A stretch of DNA of 64,000 bases, from contig NW_025766558.1 of the NCBI RefSeq assembly GCF_003918875.1, positions 992,001 to 1,056,000 of the forward strand, written 5' to 3'. A model generated the notes under the pieces. That model was not told where the DNA came from. It saw nothing but the letters and a program-made list of their open reading frames with translations, and searched no databases. Source of the stretch: Haliotis rubra. Taxonomy: Eukaryota. Below, one piece after another: positions 40,594 through 52,118 of this stretch. A program made the translations under genes and the position numbers. Numbering within the stretch: the stretch's first letter is position 1; each line of letters opens with the position of its first letter.

Positions 40594-40958
40594 AGTCTAG
40601 CACACATGTGCCTCTGGTCTCCAGGAGACAATAGGGCTCGACTGTGTATACACTGTATACATCTGCATTGTGAATTATGTTGCATCTCTGCATTAAACTG
40701 AACATTTCTCAGTGAGAATAGTCTCTTATAATCTCATGAATCTAAATAACAAACCTGACACACACTACCTAGTAGATTGATACCTTGCAAAATAACCTTC
40801 GAGTAACATTCTGAAGTGTGTTCAGAAAGACAAGGGGGATAACTCCATTAGTCATAACAAACAAATCAGGCCTTTGTCAATGCTCTGACAACAGAACAAT
40901 CAGTTTGTGAATGTTTATCCATCAATAACAAAACAAGGAGATATACATGAGCTCTGAG

Positions 40959-43900
40959 TTAATGCAGCCATCCAGTGCCAGGTCTCTTCAGCTTCAGGGA
41001 CGACTGTAGAGCTTGTATCCTATCGTCTATATCTTGCAAACTCATTTCCTGAAAATATCCAAACAGATCATCATATCTCATTATAACCACATTAAATTCA
41101 GATGTATTATTATGATATGATACCTCTCTGCATGAAAATCTTAAGGTCCTGACCCCACCTCCTGTGTATGTCCTCAGATAATCAGTCAGAGGTACTGTTC
41201 CGAGTATAAGATACATTGTCAATGAGACTGAGTTTACTGATATGATGATTTGTGATCATTATAACTATAGCAATTATGATATTCAGCCTGTACTACTCAA
41301 ACAAGACCATGTGTATACAGAAATCTAAAAAAACCTTGGAGTATGAGCTGGTTGAAAATTATACACTTCAACATCACTGACTGGCATTTAGCAGTAGTAG
41401 AAGACAAGCAGTCTAACAAAATCTTGCACTTAGGAAAACAGAAGCCGAAATTCAGAATAAGTCATAATCCAGCCTTCTGTTTGGTTTCCATTCATCTTTT
41501 ATCTCCAAATAGTTTGAATTATAACTTAAGGTTCTAGAAGTGACATCATTGGCAGGGTGTCAAAGTAATCGGTGGTTGTTTTCCTGAAACACATGCACTG
41601 AGACCTACATGGAGAGGGTCCTTCACCACAGCAGGTACTTCTTTCTGTCTTTTTGGCCCCGGCTGTGTGAGACAAACACCATATATTAATCAGATACCAA
41701 TAATACATATGTATTCAATACTATATGACCAGATCACAGCTGTGCGTGGTAACCAACCATGCTAATATAATGGTAGTGGGAAAGGCTGTGTGTGTAATTA
41801 TCACAGACATAGAATCCATGGGTTTGTAGCTAAGCCAGAGAGTGCGACAAACCCCGCTACACCTTGATAGGTGTGAATCATGACATCAAAATATAAGCTC
41901 ATTTTGTGTACACGTTTACTCAGCCTATATGCCGGATATATATCTATGAGTTACGGATTGTTCTAACATCACTCACACCATGACACTGCCTCACACCATC
42001 CAGAGTGACACAAAGGCTCTCTACAATCAACCAGCTAACTGCTCACACAAATCTACCATTCCAGGAATAACAACTGTATAAGAAACTGGGGGTCATTCAT
42101 GGATAGATTAAACAAACTTACCACATTCTGAAAATATTCTGGTGACAATCCTTCAAGGAATAATATCCGATCTTCCAGTGCTTTTAGTCTTGTGTAGACA
42201 TCCGATTTGGACCCATCTAAACAATGACAACAACACAAGTATATAAACATCCCTGCCCATTGTCTGATCTAGATCTGATCATGTGCAAAGGAATGTAATA
42301 TTGTAAATATAAACTGCTTTGCCCACCTCCCTGTAGAGACATACTGTATGACATCTGCATTAAACTTTGTACATATAGTATAGACTAATGCATTCTCTTC
42401 CCACAGAGGTTACTTGTCATAGCTTTCTATGAACCACTGTTCTAATACGGCCATATTTCCCGGTTCTTGTAAAGTCCCCTAGCGGCAAAATTATCTCACA
42501 ATTTATCTCCCTTCTTTCTATGCAATCAGAACATGTGTTACATCGACTTAGATCCAGCTTGACTAATACAAGCAAATGTGAGGCCACAAATATACCTCCT
42601 CTGCCGGGGACTTGTGTTGATGTGACACACAAGGCTTTTAATGGCTAGCGTGTCCGTTGTCAACAAGGGCGATGGAGATGCCATTGACCCGCTATTACAT
42701 GACTAAGTTCTGTCTAGAAGAAACGTTTGAACATCGCGCAGGGGAAGAGGTTCTAGTTTTCCCGTAGCATCAGAAATTACCGAGACCTTGTGAATGATCA
42801 CTTTTAAAACAACATCGCTGATTGCACAACTAAATCTGATTGCAACCCATCACGAATCCTGAACACTCGCACCATGAAAGGGACGTATTTGAACAGAGGT
42901 TCATAGGAAGATATGACAAGTAACCTCTGTGGGAAGAGAATGAGACTAATGATAAACAGAGAATAAATTATTTTTACCAGTTAAAGGTAACTTCAAGTGG
43001 GCTTCAATATTCCTCATCCTTTCTTCAAATCCAGCTGACTGGGACTTCATGTTCAGATCAAATCTCTGCCTGGGCCCTTCTGGAATTAGTCTTGTCTGTG
43101 GTCCATATGGATTGACAACACGTGATATCTTGATATGACTTTTACACCCAGCACGTGGCACGAACACTGCATCTGTTCTGGCACAAGAAGACTCCACCTC
43201 TGCAACACATAGGAATACAAGCAAACTGATCATTTGTTGTTTAATGCTGCACTCAGGAATATCTAAGACCTATGATCGTAATACTTAAATAAGTCCAGAC
43301 ATTCCAGTGATTGACATCAGGAGTATCCATCTACATCACTGGGATACTATGACATGCATCAACCCTGTCAGGGATACTATGACATGCATCAACCCTGTCA
43401 GGAGTATCCATCTACATCACTGGGATACTATGACATGCATCAACCCTGTCAGGAGTATCCATCTACATCACTGGGATACTATGACATGCATCAACCCTGT
43501 CAGGAGTATCCATCTACATCACTGGGATACTATGACATGCATCAACCCTGTCAGGAGTATCCATCTACATCACTGGGATACTATGACATGCATCAACCCT
43601 GTCAGGAGTATCCATCTACATCACTGGGATACTATGACATGCATCAACCCTGTCAGGAGTATCCATCTACATCACTGGGATACTATGACATGCATCAACC
43701 CTGTCAGGAGTATCTATGACACTGCATCAACATCTGTCAGGAGTATCCATCTACATCACTGGGATACTATGACATGCATCAACCCTGTCAGGAGTATCCA
43801 TCTACATCACTGGGATACTATGACATGCATCAACCCTGTCAGGAGTATCCATCTACATCCTGGGATACTATGACATGCATCAACCCTGTCAGGAGTATCC

Positions 43901-46900
43901 ATCTACATCACTGGGATACTATGACATGCATCAACCCTGTCAGGAGTATCCATCTACATCACTGGGATACTATGACATGCATCAACCCTGTCAGGAGTAT
44001 CCATCTACATCACTGGGATACTATGACATGCATCAACCCTGTCAGGGTATCCATCTACATACTGGGATACTATGACATGCATCAACCCTGTCAGGAGTAT
44101 CCATCTACATCACTGGGATACTATGACATGCATCAACCCTGTCAGGAGTATCCATCTACATCACTGGGATACTATGACATGCATCAACCCTGTCAGGAGT
44201 ATCCATCTACATCATGCTGGGATACTATGACATGCATCAACCCTGTCAGGAGTATCCATCTACCCCTGTCATCTGGGATACTATGACATGCATCAACCCT
44301 GTCAGGAGTATCCATCATCACTGGGATACTATGACATACAGGAGTATCCATCTACATCACTGGGATGCATCTATGACATGCATGTCAGGAGTATCCATCT
44401 ACATCACTGGGATACTATGACATGCATCAACCCTGTCACCTGTCAGAGTATCCATCTACATCACTGGGATACTATGACATGCATCAACCCTGTCAGGAGT
44501 ATATACCATCTATGACATGCATCAACCCTGTCAGGGATACTGGGATATTATATGACATCAACCCTGTCAGGAGTATCCATCTACATCACTGGGATACTAT
44601 GACATGCATCAACCCTGTCAGGAGTATCCATCATGCATCAACCCTGTCAGGAGTATCCATCTACATCATCGCTGGGATACTATGACTGTCAGGGTATCCA
44701 TCTACATCACATCTACATCACTGGGATACTATGACATGCATCAACCCTGTGTATCCATCTACATCAGGATGACATGCATATCCATCCATCCCTGGGTATA
44801 CTATGACATGCATCAACCATGTCAGGAGTATCCATCTACATCTGTCAGGGAGTATCCATCTACATCACTGGGATACTATGACATGCATCAACCCTGTCAG
44901 GAGTATCCATCTACATCACTGGGATACTATGACATGCATCAACCCTGTCAGGAGTATCCATCTACATCACTGGGATACTATGACATGCATCAACCCTGTC
45001 AGGAGTATCCATCTACATCATACTATGACATGTCAGGAGTATCCATCTACATCACTGGGATACTATGACATGCATCAACCCTGTCAGGAGTATCCATCTA
45101 CATCACTGGGATACTATGACATGCATCAACCCTGTCAGGAGTATCCATCTACATCACTGGGATACTATGACATGCATCAACCCTGTCAGGAGTATCCATC
45201 TACATCACTGGGATACTATGACATGCATCAATAGATTAGTGAGCATTTTTCTGAGAGCTGAATCTTCTTTGAAAGGAAAACTTGTGTCTTACCTGTGTCA
45301 GGGGTGAGGACACTACAGAATTCACGATTATTCTGCTGGTTCACCTCCGTCTGCTTCTTCTCTATGAACGCATTAATCCTCCTGTCAACCTGGGCACCAC
45401 AATAGGACACACTGGCTCAGTAATGTAACTGTATAACAACTGCACAGTGAGACCCGCATCGAAGAATGTATTTCTATCAAACATGTTTTTATGTCTTGAA
45501 TAAGAACACAACTGCATGATTAGAAAATGTGTTTGTGAAAAACAAACATTTTGTTGTTAATCTTGACAAATTTGGTCTTGGGAATATTGAGTATTGTTGC
45601 TAAACCCAAAAGTCAGAGTCACATTAACTGATTACAAAATCAAAATGTAACCACTTGAAAAGAACATGCACTTTATTCAAGCCCATTATACAAACCTCTT
45701 CTTTGGATGCCTTGATTTGCACATTATAGGGGCTGATCGTTGTTGCAGGCCGTTTGTCAGTTTTTCTACAGTCGCTCTGTGGAGGTAGGACTGATTCTGA
45801 CATATCAGAGGCAGTGTCTGTAACCATGGAAACAACTGGTGGATCTGTGAGCTCCAGTCCTGGTCTTTGAAGAACTGATGTTTCCATGTCGGTATCTGTG
45901 TTTGGCACTTCTGTATTATGGACCTTATCCTGCTTTATCTTCTTTGCCAGATGTGTATGAACTGTCTGAAATTAATAAAGTAAAACTTAGGCCAGCATCT
46001 ATTCCATGCATAGTAAAGGGTGACATGGGGTGTTGTACCATGATGTAATATATTGAAGTAAGCCAATATCTAAACATGTTGAATTGTTATCACATATTGT
46101 GAGATAATCCTGCCAATCTTTTCATTCCAGCATGTTTAATAACTTTTTGTCATCAGTTGGAATATGTAGATGTACCCAGCTGTGAATGGGTACCTCGTAA
46201 GGATGGGAAAGCCACACTAACTTGGTGCGCCTAGTGGCTGCAAGAATTGTCTGATCCCTAGGGAGTTGAGATTGATAATACGACGTGCTGTGGAGATTGA
46301 CATCCAGTGATTGAAGGAAAAACAAAGCGCCTTTGAGCAGCTGAGCTGGATATCGGTGCTATACAAATGTTAGTACAGTAAAATACCTTTATAACGACAT
46401 CCAGGGGACCACTGAAATTAGTTCGTTATATCCGTAGTTCGCTATTCACTTTTTTATGTGATAATATAAGGTTTATTCGGGACTTTTAAAACAGTTCGCT
46501 ATAGCAGCCAGTTCGTTATATCCGTGTTCGTTATGAAAGTATTCCACTGTATGCATGTATATGAGTGAGAATGGTTTGATGCTTGTTTGAACAGTATTTC
46601 ATATATATAGCACAGCATGCCAGTTTGATTCAGGAGAAAAACCCTGTGATCCCAAATTGTAGTGTAACCATAGATATATTGACTTTGTCATTACACAATA
46701 TATCATGCAACTAACCACAATGTTCCTGGGTTCTTTTATTAAAGACACATCTGAGATGAATACCCTAGTTATTGTCCAAATTACTCTCCCCTATTCAGCA
46801 GGGCTTGTAAACAGAGCCATGATGGTAAAGACCTTGTCAAGGATGAAAGCAGTACCTGAAGCTGGTCAATGAGTTTCCCCACAGACAGCATTATGTCCTC

Positions 46901-47424
46901 CACGGACAGCTGTTGGTCTTGGGACACTTTCAACAAATTCTTCACCTCAAAACCATCACCGACGTCAGACTGGAAGCAGAAAGGATAAATTGCAGTCAAC
47001 CAGTTGTGTAAAAAGACGGCATATTACAGCATTAGATCCCTTGGTGTAGAGTCATAGGGGCACCTGTCGTCACTATATGAGGGCAATAACACGAAAACAG
47101 TAAACTCAGCATCTTCACATATAGTATGATGAAGCATATATTACGACAGATACTCAGGTAGTGCTACTGTCAGGGTACACAGCTGTACTGTACTCATTTG
47201 TAAAACCAGGGAGACTATATAGCGGTAGATTGATTATCCCTGGTAAAACATTGAATGTAATGCATAGTCTACAGGGTAGACGTCTTGCTGTCATGAATAA
47301 TCAACTAATAAACTTAGCTGACTTATTTATATTGTCATATAATTTCAATAATTCACTACGAAACCTTCACCACTGTCTTCAAGAACACTGACAAACACTC
47401 AAACACTTCTTCCAAGCTGCCCAT
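40959..47424 (-). CDS. MBIP: MAP3K12-binding inhibitory protein 1 (ATAC complex subunit), 333 aa, 8 exons
   Basis: Phase-consistent exons 47424-47365, 46969-46856, 45965-45696, 45389-45293, 43199-42978, 42216-42122, 41662-41609, 41048-40959 (1002 nt). Hallmark motifs: VQIKASKEEVDRRINAFIEKKQTEVNQQNNREFC, SCARTDAVF...KSHIKISRVVNPYGPQT, EERMRNIEAHLKL, DVYTRLKALEDRILFLEGLSPEYF, SLQDIDDRIQAL. Confidence 0.93.
42391..42942. mobile_element. Mutator (MULE)-like MITE with 9-bp TSD
   Basis: ~65-bp TIRs (cattctcttcccacagaggttacttgtcata...) and a perfect 9-bp duplication agactaatg at 42382-42390 and 42943-42951; in MBIP intron 5. Confidence 0.88.
43316..45230. repeat. 51-bp minisatellite (AGGAGTATCCATCTACATCACTGGGATACTATGACATGCATCAACCCTGTC), ~35 copies, SINE-derived
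   Basis: Fills most of MBIP intron 4; the unit resembles an internal SINE B segment and a SINE tail precedes it at 43235-43315. Confidence 0.95.
46376..46549. mobile_element. Tc1/mariner(pogo)-type MITE with TA TSD
   Basis: TA|CAGTAAAATACCTTTATAACG...CGTTATGAAAGTATTCCACTG|TA with internal gttcgttata repeats. Confidence 0.8.
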
Positions 47425-47436
47425 GTTGAAAACTCT

Positions 47437-47450
47437 AAGGGAGGTAACTC
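47437..47450 (-). promoter_or_regulatory. GAGTTACCTCCCTT motif 12 bp upstream of the MBIP ATG
   Basis: The same 14-mer family occurs in sense orientation at the 5' ends of ASB (21829-21842) and TOP6BL (23643-23656). Confidence 0.45.
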
Positions 47451-48429
47451 TTGTCAACTCTTGATTAGGTGACGACCTCACAACAAAACAAAGGGTGTAG
47501 TGCGAAACCAGACAGATGGATATGGATATAGCTAATATTGTTAACGAACATAAAGGTAACACATTTACAAAGATCGTGGATTCTAGAAGAGTTTTGTTTC
47601 CGAGTCACAGTTTATTTTCCTTTTACCACATACAAGTATTTGATAAATAATTGCCTTCATCGTTATCTGCTTGTAATCTTCAAATGACATTTTAAGGAGT
47701 GGGTCTTTCATCTATCATCATCAATATTGATCATCAAATTTGATTGTTATAGTTTGTGAAATGGTAGACAAACAGTATATTCGTACAAAGGCCATGCAGG
47801 AGGCCAGACAGTATAATTTGTAATTCTATTCCCATGAAGTAAGGAATTTGGTATGTATACAGTTTGACATAATGAACATTGCTTCATCATCCCGTGTTGC
47901 TTCACGTCCATCAACGTGGTTGAATACCATCGTGGCCCACATTGTCTCCTGTGTGAATTCTTGGTCAGGTGGTCACGTTCTGGACCCGATGATGTTGACC
48001 GTTATTCTTGCATTCGATCACTGGTTAGATTATGGCTTAGACGCTGTCGATCACAGAGTCAAACAAAATTCACTCAGTTATAAACTCGCCGATAAGTAGC
48101 AAGAAGTGAACAGGTTTTAATATTTTCCCCGCATTGATATCATGGCATATAAATTTGTCGGTAGCCCCGTCAGGAGGCACATGACGTTCAGATAATCGTT
48201 GACTGTTAGATTGATGAATACATAATAACAACAAACTTAGACTCAGTCCTTCTTGTTTACATTCCTACATGAATATACACCTGTCAATCAATGAAACAGT
48301 CTCAGTGAGGTGCACAGGTATCTGATTCCTCCAGTCTATCTAAACCTGAACAAATGACCTAATCAATGGTGTCTCGGACACACGTGCGGGGTCTGTGTAT
48401 AGCAGCACGTGTATAACACACTGTGTGTC

Positions 48430-49515
48430 GACGTCTGTTGCGACCAGAACTCGGATACGACCAGAACTGGGATAACTAATATGGAGAATTATACGTCTTA
48501 CTGTCAACTATGTATTTAATCGACAAACAATTATTAAGATCAAAATCAGCTGCACAACTCGTGTCCTTTATTTTAACTACTGATTGCTAAAAATGCCAAT
48601 GGCAGCGCTCCATAGTCGATGTCCGCCATAATAGCTAAATATAGCAGCGCAAAAAATGTAGAAACGTGAAACTGAAACGAAATAGAATTCATTTTCATGC
48701 GCTTTACTGTAATTACTCTACTAGCTTAAAATAAGTGAGCGACCAATTAATGTTCCTGGTTGTGGATGCTGAATTTAGGTGTCAGGTTTTTTCATTCATT
48801 TTTTATTCATAATGATTCATTCATTCCCAGAAATGGTTACTGCTCAACTTGAAATATGACTTTCTTGCAATATCTAATGATATTTTAAGAGATGAGATGT
48901 TATCGCAATGATTCATTTCCGTGCTGTATCCCTGTCGCATCATATCGGCATGTACAGGTCCATACATGGCAAGTAGGAAATAACTTCTGTTTCCCCCTCC
49001 AAACGTGTCGTCCGTGACTATGTTCAGTAACGACATCAAACGTCTCCCACAACATCACTACCACTCAGCTGGACGTCTGTAGAGCGACCAGAACTGGGAT
49101 ACGACCAGAACTGGGATAAACAGTCCACAATTTCGTAAAACCCTATTTACTGCAGTACTACTCCCGGTTAACTCTAAAACTTAAGGCGATCTATGCGCGG
49201 AATATGATTTAGTTAATGTTTTTGTGAGGAGACACTGAACATTATCAGTTACATATTTCCATATTCCTCTGCAAATATGTAGCTCACATTTAATTTTCCA
49301 ATATAGGTTGGAAGAACCTTAAGAGTTTCTAATTATTTTTGTACTCGTCAGTTATTCAATCGTTTATATCGTGTGGCAATTCCCACTCAAGCAAACCTCT
49401 CATGGTGTACGATGTGTCATTTTCATTAACTTTGTTTGTTTTAGAATCGTTTTTAAATTTTGTCATGTACAAAACATCTCTCTCTCTCTCTCCCCCTCCC
49501 TCCCTCTCTCCCTCA

Positions 49516-49565
<50 letters not shown>

Positions 49566-50315
49566 ACCCCTAGTATTTGTGTACAAAATAGATGTCCCTT
49601 CTACCTCCCCAGAACAAAATGGGTGACCCCCCTAAAATCATCATCACCCCCCACACCCCCAGCCATAAATTATAAACGGTCCCAAATGTGATTTGTTTGG
49701 CTTCAGCTTTGAGCCGTACCCAATACAGCTGAACTATGCAACCAATTTAAAGTAAAGGATCATTTAAAATGCTGCAAATTCGGTCACAAACACCTGAATA
49801 CGGAAATGTTTTCACAGTTACATAGCTTATTACGACAAAAATCAGAATTATTTCAGAACACAATAGGGTGTTTGAACTATTTCCATTAACGTGGCCGATT
49901 ATATGATATTTATTACGTGATGTAAATTACATGATGCTTGCATTATAAAACAACAAAGTTAATGAAAATGAAACATCGTACACCATGAGAGGTTTGCTTG
50001 AGTGGGAATTGCCACACGATATAAACGATTGAATAACTGACGAGTACAAAAATAATTAGAAACTCTTAAGGTTCTTCCAACCTATATTGGAAAATTAAAT
50101 GTGAGCTACATATTTGCAGAGGAATATGGAAATATGTAACTGATAATTTTCAGTGTCTCCTCACAAAAACATTAACTAAATCATATTCCGCGCATAGATC
50201 GCCTTAAGTTTTAGAGTTAACCGGGAGCAGTACTGCAGTAAATAGGGTTTTACGAAATTGTGGACTGTTTATCCCAGTTCTGGTCGTATCCCAGTTCTGG
50301 TCGCTCTACAGACGT
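48430..50315. mobile_element. Non-autonomous TIR element, rearranged
   Basis: TIR gacgtctgt..gcgaccagaactgggatacgaccagaactgggataa at 48430 and its reverse complement ending at 50315; a third copy lies at 49073. Confidence 0.6.
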
Positions 50316-50500
50316 CCAACTGAGTGGTAGTGATGTTGTGGGAGACGTTTGATGTCGTTACTGAACATAGTCACGGACGACACGTTTGGAAGGGGAAACA
50401 GAAGTTATTTCCTACTTGCCATGTATGGACCTGTACATGCCGATATGATGCGACAGGGATACAGCACGGAAATGAATCATTGCGAAGACATCTAATCTCA
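48888..50500. repeat. Long inverted repeat: ~550-bp near-identical arms with a ~500-bp spacer
   Basis: 48888-49446 is the reverse complement of ~49943-50500 with only a few mismatches; the spacer holds a (CT)n(CA)n microsatellite at 49477-49564. Confidence 0.92.
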
Positions 50501-51622
50501 AACACTGCTTCCTATGAAGATGAAATATTTGTAGATTCGATTTTCCATTGTCGTTGCCGTATATCCACACAAGTCTCACCATTACCGTATATCCCTAAAT
50601 GCAGTATTCCACCAATATTCTAGTAATAGTCCAGCAGTATTCCACCACAATTCAGCAATACGAACACAAGGCACGCGCTTTTCATGAATTGAACGCGGTT
50701 TTTTTTGCCGTTACGTTACTCTGCAAAATTATCATCAGATATTTCCAACCGCTGTAACTATTCAAACTCTAGGACTGTAGACTTTGGAATATGTGTATTC
50801 TATACAATATCCCAACCAGACCTGTGTATGCACTTGTAAACCTAGGTGTCTAATGTGTAATAAAGAATGCGATGACATAGTAAATCACCAACCTGTATAT
50901 TGTACAGCTTAAACCGATGCAAGAAACATTCTTTGCGAGCATTTATTTGACACATTAAGCCTTCAACAGTACATAAGCATCGAAGACTGAGCAGATGACG
51001 AAGTCAAAATTGTGACATTGCTAGGTATAACCCCTATTGTAGAGAATATGAACCTTGGCACGTGGGCTGAATTCAGAGGATGTGTATCACGTGACATAAG
51101 CTCCTGGAGCCTGCGATCACTGCTTTATCTATAGACAGTGACTTAATTCTCACCAGAATCATCATGTATGTATACAGAGTATAGAGAGAGAGAAAGACAC
51201 ACACACACATAGTGTACTGTGTTCTACTGCACTTGTGTTTTTAAGTAATGAGTCCAACAACATCCCGTGCAGCCTGCAGTGGTCACCGCGCCACTAGCGG
51301 GTCTCATCCAAACATCAGCCTCGTGGGTCTTGTTTCAAGACACTCCAAGTGTTTATGTCAGATTTGATAGCGAAGTAGGCGGGAGTAGCCACAAATCTTC
51401 ATATACAGTGATAATGGGGTGGAATGTTGGTTGAAAGTATCACTTTAATACGTAGGTTTTGCTTTGATGACATACAACAGTCAGGTCATTGACAAATATC
51501 AGAATATAAAGATATGTGGATAACGTAGAGTGACCACTGATGTGGACCGACATGTTCAACATGTAGTAATAGTGTACCTGGTATGGGATGTTTTATTACA
51601 TTTTTACCCATGCTTACTGTCA

Positions 51623-51754
51623 TGACGTCATTATGTGACCATGTCTTCGTCTCCGCCTGCAGCGCGCACTCTACCACCGACGTCGGGGCTAGACCGGTTA
51701 AGCCCTGCGTACAGGGGCGTGTCTCTGTAATCCTGAGTGTTGTGCCATATATGG
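51623..51754. promoter_or_regulatory. Candidate CRE (TGACGTCA, 51623-51630) and CArG/SRF box (CCATATATGG, 51745-51754) upstream of the Rho-like gene
   Basis: Both are perfect consensus matches, ~120 bp apart, flanking a GC-rich patch 365-500 bp before the ATG. Confidence 0.5.
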
Positions 51755-52118
51755 AATGCGCGAGACCAGTGTTCTTGTAAGTGACTCGCGGATGCGGGCT
51801 TCCTATTGCCGGCTATTTACCGTTACTTCTGTGGAATGTCACAACCAGTCACTATTACTGGCAAAACAATACCATTATTTTCCTATCAACAAGCAGCCGA
51901 CGCCGTATATTCAATTGCTACGGATTGTACACCAACCTCGTATACAGGAGTACCCGGCCATTACATCATAACAGTGATATCTGTCGGGATAAAGACATCA
52001 TTTAGTCGCCTGAGCTACACAGTTCATCCCATCCTTTGAAAGAGAGAAATCCTTTTCGCTGCATTCAGAGCGTTAAGAGCACGCGGGGTTCACTATATTC
52101 ATCTGCAATTGCCAGACG

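Noticed and set aside
43307-45307. His/Cys-rich repeat ORFs (RSIHLHHWDTMTCINPV)n
   Set aside because: A 51-bp SINE-derived array inside an MBIP intron on the opposite strand, with frequent frameshifts.
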